Source of the DNA: Candidatus Omnitrophota bacterium
GTDB lineage: Bacteria > Omnitrophota > Gorgyraeia > Zapsychrales > Zapsychraceae
DNA: 64,000 bases
Assembly (NCBI GenBank): GCA_015233405.1
Contig: JADFXT010000002.1
Location: forward strand, 68,451-132,450
Direction: 5' to 3'
Shown here piece by piece: positions 45,031-53,664 of this stretch. Position 1 is the first letter of the stretch. The number at the start of each line of letters is the position of its first letter. Both the position numbers and the translations under genes were made by a program. The notes below the pieces were generated by a model, which worked only from the letters and a program-made list of their open reading frames with translations, searched no databases and was not told the DNA's origin.

Positions 45031-47232
45031 CTATTTTTTTCTATTCTCCCAAGCCAAAACCAACGGAGCGGCTACGTAGACGGAAGAAAAAGTTCCGATC
45101 ATAAATCCTACAATGAGACATAATGCGAATGTATTTAAGACTTCTCCTCCGAAGAAGAAAAGCCCGAAAACAACCAATAATGTTGCCAAAGACGTAAAGA
45201 TGGTCCGGCTTAAGGTTTCATTGATGCTGATGTTGATAATTTCCGATAAGCTGTTTTTTCTGAGTTTCGGCATGTTTTCCCGGATACGATCATAGACGAC
45301 GATGGTATCGTTGATGGAATAACCGGCGATGGTCAAGAGCGCGGTCACAACCAAAAGATCGATCTGGCGGTTAGCGATAATGACGGCGCCAAAGGCAATA
45401 ATGACGTCGTGCAGAAGCGCAAAAACGCCTGCGGCCGCGAAATCAAAGTGCTTAAAGCGGAAGGCAATATAGATCAAGATCCCTCCCAGCGCACAGATGA
45501 TCGCCAAGATCGCTTGTCTTTTTAAGGCTTGCCCGACGACGGGACCGACTTTCTCGATCCTTAGAACATCAAAATTATTGTCGGGAAAACTTTTCTTAAG
45601 GTTTGCAGACACTTTTTCATATGTATCCAGCGGTGTCCGGATGATGATGTTTTCCGGGTCTTTATCAAATTGTTGAATAACCGCATCCTGGATGTTGTTG
45701 GCTTTAAGGATTTCGCGGACTTTAGCTGCATCGACAGGTTTCTTAAAACGATACTGCTGAATCTGCCCGCCGGAGAAATCAATGCCGTAAATATGCTCTT
45801 TCTTTTGATGCCAGGCATAGAAGCTCGCGAGAATGAGAATCCCGGAAAGGGCAAAACAATAATATCTTTTGCCGATGAAGTCGATCTTGGTCTTGGTCAA
45901 GAATTTTAACATCGAAGCACTTTTGATCCAGTTGTTTTTAAGGCCGATCAAAAAGAACGTCTTAGAAACATAAATGGCTGTAAAAAGGCTTGCAATAATA
46001 CCAATGATCATTGTGACGGCAAAACCTTTGATGGGGCCGGACCCGAATTGGAACAGCATGAAAGAAGAAATCAGTGACGTACAGTGTGTGTCAATGATAG
46101 CTGAAAAGGCCCGAGCAAAACCGGTGGTGATGGCGGCTTGAAGCGGCCGGCCATTGGTAACTTCTTCCCTGATACGTTCATTGATAAGGATGTTGGAATC
46201 AACCGCCATCCCTAATGCCAAGATGATACCGGCAATACCCGGCAAAGTCATCGTGAGTTTAGCGTCGGGCATTGTCATGTTGATAAAGCCCATTGTTCCT
46301 AAAATGATCAGTAAATTGAGTATGAGCGCAAAGTTGGCGATAATCCCGGTCTTGTGATAATAAATCAACATAAAAAAGAAGACCAAACAAATACCAATAA
46401 CAGCAGCCTTGACCCCTGCATTAATAGAGTCTTGGCCTAAGAGCGGGCCGATGGTGCGTTCTTCTTCAATATGCATGGGAACGGGTAAGGCACCGGAACG
46501 AAGTGCTAAAGAAAGCATGGAGGCTTCCTCAAATGTAAATTGCCCGGTGATCTGGGCGCTGCCGCCTAGAATCGCATCTTTGATATTCGGAGCGGACAAA
46601 ACTTCATTGTCCATAATAATCGCCAATCTGCGGCCGATATTATTACGGGTGAGTGTCCCAAATTTATTGGCTCCCTCCGCATTAAATTTAAGCGAGATAT
46701 ATGGCTGGCCAAAACTTTGACGGTCGAAATCAACACGGGCATCTGCAATGGTGTCCCCATTCATGGCGACCGTGTCTTCCAACAGGATGGGTTCCCCGTT
46801 TTCTTTCTTCACGGACTTTAAGACGAACCCGGCCGGAGTATTCCCGGCAATGGCGGCTCTGAGTTTTTCCGGATCGTCATTGACTAAGCGGAATTCCAAC
46901 TGAGCCACACGGCCGACAATTTCAAGCGCTCGTTCTCTTTCTGTGACGCCCGGCAACTGGACGAGGATTTCATTGTCGCCTTGGCGCTGAATAACCGTTT
47001 CTCCGACGCCTAAATTATCAATGCGGTTTCGTAGAACTTCAATGGCGCGTAAGACGGAATCGTTTTTGGCCTTGGGTTCTAATTTTTCATTGTCGACTTT
47101 AAGGACCAGGTGCATCCCTCCTTTTAAGTCGAGGCCTAAATTAATGTGCTTTTGGAGAGGAAAAGCGAAAAAGATACAAGCTACGGTAACTCCCAGAATA
47201 ACAAAGATCCGGTTTCTTAATGATTTGTCCAT
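45031..47232 (-). CDS. secDF: protein translocase subunit SecDF (fused)
   Basis: The SecD periplasmic domain and the SecD and SecF TM bundles lie in one ORF. I moved the start to the ATG at 47232 (MDKSLRNRIF), which has AAGGAG 6 nt upstream. The ORF track starts at 47289, overlapping yajC. Confidence 0.9.
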   Translation of the reverse strand: MDKSLRNRIFVILGVTVACIFFAFPLQKHINLGLDLKGGMHLVLKVDNEKLEPKAKNDSVLRAIEVLRNRIDNLGVGETVIQRQGDNEILVQLPGVTERERALEIVGRVAQLEFRLVNDDPEKLRAAIAGNTPAGFVLKSVKKENGEPILLEDTVAMNGDTIADARVDFDRQSFGQPYISLKFNAEGANKFGTLTRNNIGRRLAIIMDNEVLSAPNIKDAILGGSAQITGQFTFEEASMLSLALRSGALPVPMHIEEERTIGPLLGQDSINAGVKAAVIGICLVFFFMLIYYHKTGIIANFALILNLLIILGTMGFINMTMPDAKLTMTLPGIAGIILALGMAVDSNILINERIREEVTNGRPLQAAITTGFARAFSAIIDTHCTSLISSFMLFQFGSGPIKGFAVTMIIGIIASLFTAIYVSKTFFLIGLKNNWIKSASMLKFLTKTKIDFIGKRYYCFALSGILILASFYAWHQKKEHIYGIDFSGGQIQQYRFKKPVDAAKVREILKANNIQDAVIQQFDKDPENIIIRTPLDTYEKVSANLKKSFPDNNFDVLRIEKVGPVVGQALKRQAILAIICALGGILIYIAFRFKHFDFAAAGVFALLHDVIIAFGAVIIANRQIDLLVVTALLTIAGYSINDTIVVYDRIRENMPKLRKNSLSEIINISINETLSRTIFTSLATLLVVFGLFFFGGEVLNTFALCLIVGFMIGTFSSVYVAAPLVLAWENRKK

Positions 47233-47242
47233 AATGAGCTCC

Positions 47243-47536
47243 TTACTCCTTTGCTTTATTAAGTACGACAACGACAGCTTCTCTGTCAAATTCTATTTTT
47301 GTATTATCATCAACGCGAAGGACCACGGTTTTATCTTTGACCTGAACAACCGTTCCATGAATGCCGGACGTTGTGACAACCTCGTCGTTCTTTTTCAGGT
47401 TGCTGAGCATATCTTTCAGTTCTTTTTGTTTGTCTTTTTGCGGTTTTATCAAAAGAAAATAGAAAATAAGGAAGATAAGTGCATAAGGAATGATCATGTG
47501 CATTAAAGGGTTTGAAGCAGCTTGATCAGCAGGCAT
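47243..47536 (-). CDS. yajC: preprotein translocase subunit YajC
   Basis: 97 aa with a single TM helix. GDEVVTTSGIHGTV is the YajC signature, and the gene sits directly upstream of secDF. Confidence 0.8.
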   Translation of the reverse strand: MPADQAASNPLMHMIIPYALIFLIFYFLLIKPQKDKQKELKDMLSNLKKNDEVVTTSGIHGTVVQVKDKTVVLRVDDNTKIEFDREAVVVVLNKAKE

Positions 47537-47571
47537 AAAAAATCCTTTCTTAAAACGGCGATCTTAAAAAA

Positions 47572-47829
47572 TTACTTTATTTTGGCCTTGGCAGCTTGTT
47601 TGGCTAGAGCTTTGACCGTTGCTGACATCTGAGCTCCGACTTTCACCCATTTGTTCAGTTTTTCCTGGTCGATAGAAAGTCCGGCCGGCTTTTGATACGG
47701 TTCATAATGCCCGAGGATATCGAGCGTGGCCCCGTCTCTTTTTGTGCTTTTGCTGATGGCCACAATACGAAAATTGCGGCAGTTTTTGGGTGATTTTCCA
47801 ATGCGTTGTAATCTAATACGTACTTCCAT
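47572..47829 (-). CDS. rpsP: 30S ribosomal protein bS16
   Basis: MEVRIRLQRIGKSPKN..FRIVA...KRDG...LGHYEP matches the family. Confidence 0.9.
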   Translation of the reverse strand: MEVRIRLQRIGKSPKNCRNFRIVAISKSTKRDGATLDILGHYEPYQKPAGLSIDQEKLNKWVKVGAQMSATVKALAKQAAKAKIK

Positions 47830-47852
47830 TAATGTTTACTCCTTCTTTGTTT

Positions 47853-49367
47853 TTAAAACGTTGATTGGTGCGCCATTTGAATGGCTGTTATTTGCGCTTT
47901 AGCTTTGTTCACTGTTTCCTGATATTCGTTCGCTGGTTTGGAATCGGCAACAATCCCGCCGCCGGCTTGAACATAGGCTTTTTTATCTTTTGCGACAATG
48001 GTTCGAATCGTGATGCAAGTATCTAAATTACCTGAGAAACTAAAATATCCTACGCATCCGGCATAAGGTCCGCGTTTGACGTTCTCGAGTTCATTGATGA
48101 TTTCCATGGCTCGGATTTTTGGAGCGCCGGAAACCGTTCCGGCCGGAAATGTCGCCGGTAAAATGTCAAAAATATCTTTGTCGTCGCGTAAAATGCCTTT
48201 GACGTTGCTGATAATATGCATTACGTGAGAATACTTTTCAATGACCATGAACTCCGATAAATGCACGGAGCCTTTTTTACAGATGCGTCCTAAATCATTT
48301 CGGCCCAAATCGACCAGCATAATATGCTCGGCCTTTTCTTTAGGGTCAGCCAAAAGTTCTTTGGCTAAGCGGACGTCTTCCTTTTCATCTTTGCCTCGAG
48401 GCCGAGTGCCGGCAATCGGACGCGTTTCGACAATGCCATTTTCACACCGGACAAAAACTTCGGGAGACGCTCCTGCGATATCAATTCCGTCAAAATGCAG
48501 ATAATACATATAAGGCGACGGATTAAGCGCCCGTAAAGTTCTATATATATTAAACGGATTTGTCTTTAAGTCAACCATAAATCTTTGCGATGGCACCACT
48601 TGAATGATCTCGCCTGCACGGATTTCTTTTTGAGCTTTACGGACCGCGGCTTCAAATTGTTTCTTGGTGAAATTGGAAGTCACTTTTAATGCGTTTACCG
48701 ATGCGGGTTTGCCACTTCTCGTCGATGGAATGTCCAAAGGTTGGCGTAATTCTTCGGTGAGCCGTTCAATTTTTTTAAGCGCCTGATTATATGCCGCAAG
48801 CTTCTCTTTATTTGAGGCCTTTTGATCTATATAAGCGCAGGAAATAATTTTGATTTTGTGGTTGAGGTGATCAAAGATAATTAAATCTTTGGCCAGGACC
48901 AGCAGGATGTCAGGCAGATTTAAGTCGTCTCTTTTTGGTTCGGGGAGCCTTTCAAAGAACCGAACGGTATCATAACTCATATATCCCACAAGCCCACCGC
49001 AAAAGATCGGCAATCCTCCAACAGCAACGAATTTATATTGTTTCATAATGTTTCTTAAAAAGGACAACGGCGTGTCTTTGATCGGATGAGTCTCTGTTTG
49101 GGCGGTATCCTTTTCAATCCGCGTAATGGTCACTTCCTTCCCCTTGCTTTGGAAAATGAGCTCGGGGTCTTTGGCCAAAAACGAGAATCGCGCGAATTTC
49201 TCTTCTCCTTCAATGGATTCGAGAAGAAAAGAATATTTGGCGTCTTTGGCGATTTTAAAATAAGCGGAAACTGGCGTCTCCAAATCCCCGAGGATTTCTT
49301 TATAGACGGGAATCAGGTTGCCTTTTTTCGTTAATTGTAGGAACTCTTTTTCTGATGGATAAATCAT
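47853..49367 (-). CDS. trpE: anthranilate synthase component I
   Basis: Carries the FLLESIEGEEKFARFSF regulatory motif, GAPKIRAMEII and the chorismate-binding C-terminal domain. Confidence 0.85.
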   Translation of the reverse strand: MIYPSEKEFLQLTKKGNLIPVYKEILGDLETPVSAYFKIAKDAKYSFLLESIEGEEKFARFSFLAKDPELIFQSKGKEVTITRIEKDTAQTETHPIKDTPLSFLRNIMKQYKFVAVGGLPIFCGGLVGYMSYDTVRFFERLPEPKRDDLNLPDILLVLAKDLIIFDHLNHKIKIISCAYIDQKASNKEKLAAYNQALKKIERLTEELRQPLDIPSTRSGKPASVNALKVTSNFTKKQFEAAVRKAQKEIRAGEIIQVVPSQRFMVDLKTNPFNIYRTLRALNPSPYMYYLHFDGIDIAGASPEVFVRCENGIVETRPIAGTRPRGKDEKEDVRLAKELLADPKEKAEHIMLVDLGRNDLGRICKKGSVHLSEFMVIEKYSHVMHIISNVKGILRDDKDIFDILPATFPAGTVSGAPKIRAMEIINELENVKRGPYAGCVGYFSFSGNLDTCITIRTIVAKDKKAYVQAGGGIVADSKPANEYQETVNKAKAQITAIQMAHQSTF

Positions 49368-49373
49368 ATATTA

Positions 49374-49733
49374 TTAGATTTTGATTTTACGATAAAAACA
49401 GCTCTTTTTAAACGTATGGCATGCGGCGCCGACCTGACGGACCGGAATTAAAAGCGTGTCACAGTCACAGTCATAATAAACCGCCTTCACAAATTGAAAA
49501 TGGCCCGACGTCATGCCTTTGACCCAATATTCTTTTCGTGAGCGCGACCAGAAACAGGTCTTGCCGATCTTAAGGGTTTGCTTTAAGGAGTCGATGTTCA
49601 TGTAGGCCATCATCAAGACTTCTTTGGTTTTGTAATCTTGGACGATCGCCGGGATGAGCCCGTTGTCGTCGAATTTTAATTTGTTGAGGTTCCTAGTTGT
49701 GATTTGGATTTCTTCAGGTTTTATCTTTGTCAT
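49374..49733 (-). CDS. hisI: phosphoribosyl-AMP cyclohydrolase (monofunctional)
   Basis: Carries [21 protein letters not shown] and DCDCDTLL. Confidence 0.85.
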   Translation of the reverse strand: MTKIKPEEIQITTRNLNKLKFDDNGLIPAIVQDYKTKEVLMMAYMNIDSLKQTLKIGKTCFWSRSRKEYWVKGMTSGHFQFVKAVYYDCDCDTLLIPVRQVGAACHTFKKSCFYRKIKI

Positions 49734-50485
49734 AGTCGAACCTTAATGTCCCTTTCTTGTAAGAAGTTTTTCACGTCGTTAATCGAGAGTTCTCCGTAAT
49801 GAAACACCGACGCAGCTAAAGCGGCATCGGCTAAAGTTTTATCAAATATATCATAAAAGTCCTGCAATTTACCAGCGCCGCCCGAAGCGATCACGGGAAT
49901 GTTGACGGCCTTACAAATAGCATCGGTCAAAGCAATATCATAACCATTTTTGGTGCCGTCAAAATCCATGCTCGTTAAAAGAATTTCGCCCGCCCCTAAG
50001 CTTTCCGCCTCTTTGGCCCATTGAATGGCGTCTTTGCCCGTCGCTGTCCGCCCGCCGTGCGTATAGACCTCAAAATGATCTTTTACCTTTTTGGCATCGA
50101 TCGCGACAACAATGCACTGGCTGCCGAATTTTTCAGCCGATTCTTTTACGAGACTAGGGTTCTCGACCGCGGAGGTATTCATCGAAATCTTGTCCGCCCC
50201 GGCATTTAGCAGTTTACGAATGTCTTCGACATTTTTAATCCCGCCGCCGACGGTTAAGGGCATAAAAACCTTTTCCGCTGTTTTTGCGACCACATCTAAA
50301 ATAATAGAACGCTTTTCGTGACTGGCGGTAATATCTAAGAATACAATCTCATCCGCCTTCGCTTGGTCATAACTTTCCGCAACCGCCACAGGGTCTCCGG
50401 CGTCGCGTAAGTTGACAAAATTAATGCCTTTAACCACGCGTCCGTCTTTAACATCCAAACAGGGAATAATCCGTTTTGTTAACAT
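49730..50485 (-). CDS. hisF: imidazole glycerol phosphate synthase cyclase subunit
   Basis: [20 protein letters not shown] and [11 protein letters not shown] match over the full length. Confidence 0.95.
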   Translation of the reverse strand: MLTKRIIPCLDVKDGRVVKGINFVNLRDAGDPVAVAESYDQAKADEIVFLDITASHEKRSIILDVVAKTAEKVFMPLTVGGGIKNVEDIRKLLNAGADKISMNTSAVENPSLVKESAEKFGSQCIVVAIDAKKVKDHFEVYTHGGRTATGKDAIQWAKEAESLGAGEILLTSMDFDGTKNGYDIALTDAICKAVNIPVIASGGAGKLQDFYDIFDKTLADAALAASVFHYGELSINDVKNFLQERDIKVRL

Positions 50486-50487
50486 TT

Positions 50488-51207
50488 TTAAGCGGCCTTT
50501 AAGGCTTCCTTTAAGTCGAGTTTGCCTTCATACAAAGCTTTGCCCGTAATAGCGCCGACAACACCTTTTTTTTCAAGTTTCTTAAGTTTCTTGATGTCTT
50601 CCAAACAGGAAATTCCGCCCGAGGCAATCACCGGTATCGTCGTCTTGTTGAGTAATTCTTCCAAAGCCTGAAAATTTGGGCCAGAGAGCATTCCGTCTTT
50701 AGCAACGTCCGTATAGATCAGGCAACTTAATCCAAAATTTTTTAATTCTTTGACGAGGTCGATCGCTTTAATGTTCGTTGCGGCGGTCCAACCTTTTTGA
50801 AGGACAATGCCGTTCGAGCAATCTAAACTGACCGCGATTTTATCTTTCCAAATGGACAAAACATCCTTTAAGAACGTTCGGTCTTCGACGATCTTTGTCC
50901 CTAAGATAACGCGAGCCACGCCGCCATCGAGGAGTTTTTGAATATCTTCTTTCGTTCGAATTCCGCCGCCAACTTGAATAGAGGCTTTAACCGATTTCAC
51001 GATCTTTAATATCGCGTCGGTGTTCTTCATTTGGCCTTCTTTAGCTCCGTCGAGATCAATAACGTGAATCCACTTGGCTCCTTGGCTCTGCCATTCCTGA
51101 GCAATGGCGATGGGGTCTTGGGAATATTTTGTCACTTGATCGAACTTGCCTTGAACCAGCCGGACCACGGAGCCTTCTTTTATGTCGATCGCGGGAAAAA
51201 TAATCAT
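50488..51207 (-). CDS. hisA: 1-(5-phosphoribosyl)-5-[(5-phosphoribosylamino)methylideneamino]imidazole-4-carboxamide isomerase
   Basis: Carries [23 protein letters not shown] and ASGGIS. Confidence 0.9.
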   Translation of the reverse strand: MIIFPAIDIKEGSVVRLVQGKFDQVTKYSQDPIAIAQEWQSQGAKWIHVIDLDGAKEGQMKNTDAILKIVKSVKASIQVGGGIRTKEDIQKLLDGGVARVILGTKIVEDRTFLKDVLSIWKDKIAVSLDCSNGIVLQKGWTAATNIKAIDLVKELKNFGLSCLIYTDVAKDGMLSGPNFQALEELLNKTTIPVIASGGISCLEDIKKLKKLEKKGVVGAITGKALYEGKLDLKEALKAA

Positions 51208-51809
51208 ACTGTCATTTCCGTAAAGTTTTTAAGGATTTTAAGCCCTAACGCCTGGCTTTTTTCTGGGTGAAACTGAACGCCAAAAATATTTCCTGTTGCA
51301 ATCGACGACGTGAAGTCAATGCCATAATCAGTTAGCGTTGCAATGTTTTTTCTGTCCGTCGGGTCAACATAATACGAATGGCAAAAATAAAAATTTGAGC
51401 CATTATTAATGCCTTTATATAATGGGCAATTTTTTTGCTGAATCTGAATTTGATTCCATCCCATCTGCGGCACTTTCAAGGATTGGAATTTTCGGACAGT
51501 TCCTTTAAGGATGCCAAGTCCTTCAACGTCTCCGCCCTCGTCGCTCTTTTCAAATAACAACTGGAGCCCCAGGCAAATGCCTAAAAAAGGCTTCCCTTCC
51601 TTGATCGCTTCTTTTATCGGCGTAATAAGTTTTAATTCCTTGAGCTTGTCAATGGCAGGCTTTATTGCCCCAACACCGGGAAGAACGATCTTTTCCGCCT
51701 TTTTAATATCCAAAGCGTTTTGCGTGATGAGGGCATTCGCGCCGACCTTTTCAAAGGCTTTCTGGACGCTGCGTAAATTTCCCATTCCGTAGTCGATGAT
51801 AGCAATCAT
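51204..51809 (-). CDS. hisH: imidazole glycerol phosphate synthase glutaminase subunit
   Basis: Carries IAIIDYGMGNLRSV, LPGVGA, GICLGLQLL and FHPEKS. Confidence 0.9.
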   Translation of the reverse strand: MIAIIDYGMGNLRSVQKAFEKVGANALITQNALDIKKAEKIVLPGVGAIKPAIDKLKELKLITPIKEAIKEGKPFLGICLGLQLLFEKSDEGGDVEGLGILKGTVRKFQSLKVPQMGWNQIQIQQKNCPLYKGINNGSNFYFCHSYYVDPTDRKNIATLTDYGIDFTSSIATGNIFGVQFHPEKSQALGLKILKNFTEMTV

Positions 51810-52430
51810 TTAATCAATGATTCCTTTGGTCGACGGAACAGCATCTTTACGCCGGGGATCTATTTGTGTCGCTTGGTCCATCGCGAGTCCTAAGGCTTTA
51901 AAGACCGTTTCTAAATTCGTGTGTAAATCTTCACCTGGATAATTAATTTTGACATGGAGTGTTGCGCCTAAGTTTTTCGCAAAGGATTCCAGGAAATGTT
52001 CGAGATAGGTAATAGCATAGCCATCGATCACGGACATCGCTGGATACGGCGGCTCCTGCTCTCCGATATGCAAGGACAAATACCCGCGGCCGCTGACGTC
52101 GATAATGCAGCGTCCGAGCGTATTTTCCATCGGAGCGAGTCCTACGCCGAACCGTTTAATGCCGGAACAGTTTTCTCCCAAGGCCTTCTTAAAAAGTTTT
52201 CCTAAAACAATACCGATATCTTCATTGGTGTGATGGATATCAATATTGAGGTCGGCTTTTTTGACTTCGAGGTTCAGGTCAAAATAGCCGTGAAAAGCGA
52301 ACAGTTCGAGCATATGGTCCAGGATGCCAATGTTGGTCTTGATTTTAGCTTTTCCAGTCCCGTCGACATTAAGTTCTGCAATGATCTCAGTTTCTTTACT
52401 TTTTCGTTCCAGTTTTGCTGTTCGGTCCAT
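51810..52430 (-). CDS. hisB: imidazoleglycerol-phosphate dehydratase (monofunctional)
   Basis: RKSKETEI and HHTNEDIGIVLG match the family. I moved the start to the ATG at 52430 (MDRTAKLERK), which has GAGGGG upstream and avoids overlap with hisD. Confidence 0.9.
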   Translation of the reverse strand: MDRTAKLERKSKETEIIAELNVDGTGKAKIKTNIGILDHMLELFAFHGYFDLNLEVKKADLNIDIHHTNEDIGIVLGKLFKKALGENCSGIKRFGVGLAPMENTLGRCIIDVSGRGYLSLHIGEQEPPYPAMSVIDGYAITYLEHFLESFAKNLGATLHVKINYPGEDLHTNLETVFKALGLAMDQATQIDPRRKDAVPSTKGIID

Positions 52431-52440
52431 AGTCCCCTCT

Positions 52441-53664
52441 TTAGTTAAAGCGCTGTTTAATGGATTCACAATGTTTAACCAATCCTTCTAAGGTGGAAAT
52501 TTTGACAATATGATCTTTGACGTTTTCCAGTGCTTTCTTCGAATAGGAAATCACGTGGCTCTTTTTGACAAAGTCTGAGACGCAGAGCCCTGAGAAAAAT
52601 CGGGCAGATCCCAACGTCGGAAGAACGTGGCTTGGTCCGGCGGCATAATCGCCCAAGGCCGTCGGGCTGTAAGGCCCTAAGAATATGGCTCCGGCATGCC
52701 GGATCTTCTTGGCCACGGCCGCTGGATTATTGGTGAGGATTTGAAGATGCTCCGGCGCAATTTTATTAACAATATCAGTTGCTTCATCGATGTTTTTCGC
52801 GTAGATGGCGTATCCAGAAGAAACTCTTTTACGGACCTGGCGCAAAATGTCTTTGGATGTCGTCACCAAAATCGCAAGCCCGCCTAAATGTTCTGCTTGC
52901 CCTTCAAGGTCTGCGACGATAAAATTGGGATTGCTGTAACGATTAGCGATTATGACAAGCTCCGACGGTCCTGCCAGCATATCGATATCGACAAAACCAA
53001 AAAGTTGTCTTTTCGCTTCGGTGACATACATATTGCCTGGGCCGATGATTTTATCCACCCGCGGGATTGTTTTTGTTCCGAAGGCCATTGCGGCAATGGC
53101 TTGGGCCCCGCCGACTTTATAAATTTCAGTGACTTTTAAAAGGCTGGCGACCGCCAGGATATGAGGATTGATATGCCCATTTTTATCTGGTGGCGTCGTG
53201 AGGACGATGCGTTTGACGCCGGCAATCCGTGCCGGGATGACCGCCATATAGACGGAAGACACCAAAGGCGCTGTTCCTGCCGGAATGTAAACCCCGACGG
53301 TATCGAGCGGCAAAATGTTTTCCTTAAGAAGTACCCCGTCGGCATCCTTGACGCGGCAAGGTTTTTGGACCTGTTTTTTATAAAATAAAGAGACATTGTT
53401 CATCACCACTTTGAGGGTTGCGATAAAATCGCTCGTGATCCCCTGAAAAGCGCTGCTGATCTCGCTTTCGCTCACCGCGATCTGTTTGGGGGTCAATTTC
53501 ACCTTATCAAACATTTTGGTGTATTTAATGATCGCGTCGTCCCCGTTGGAGCGGACATTCTCGATGATGTTACAAACTTTTTCGGTGACCACCCTTTTAT
53601 GGGAAAACAGGTTGCGGTCGTAAATTCTTTGAAGAGTTTGGCCTTTTTGCGTGACTATTTTCAT
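52441..53664 (-). CDS. hisD: histidinol dehydrogenase
   Basis: Carries VGVYIPAG.APL.SSV.M, GGAQAIAAMAFGT and GPSHVLPT. Confidence 0.9.
   Translation of the reverse strand: MKIVTQKGQTLQRIYDRNLFSHKRVVTEKVCNIIENVRSNGDDAIIKYTKMFDKVKLTPKQIAVSESEISSAFQGITSDFIATLKVVMNNVSLFYKKQVQKPCRVKDADGVLLKENILPLDTVGVYIPAGTAPLVSSVYMAVIPARIAGVKRIVLTTPPDKNGHINPHILAVASLLKVTEIYKVGGAQAIAAMAFGTKTIPRVDKIIGPGNMYVTEAKRQLFGFVDIDMLAGPSELVIIANRYSNPNFIVADLEGQAEHLGGLAILVTTSKDILRQVRKRVSSGYAIYAKNIDEATDIVNKIAPEHLQILTNNPAAVAKKIRHAGAIFLGPYSPTALGDYAAGPSHVLPTLGSARFFSGLCVSDFVKKSHVISYSKKALENVKDHIVKISTLEGLVKHCESIKQRFN

Noticed and set aside
47021-47506. 161-aa plus-strand ORF across the secDF/yajC junction, and similarly 53599-54093 across hisD/alaS
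   Set aside because: Both are antisense to well-supported genes and cross gene boundaries. Their composition is typical of antisense artefacts.
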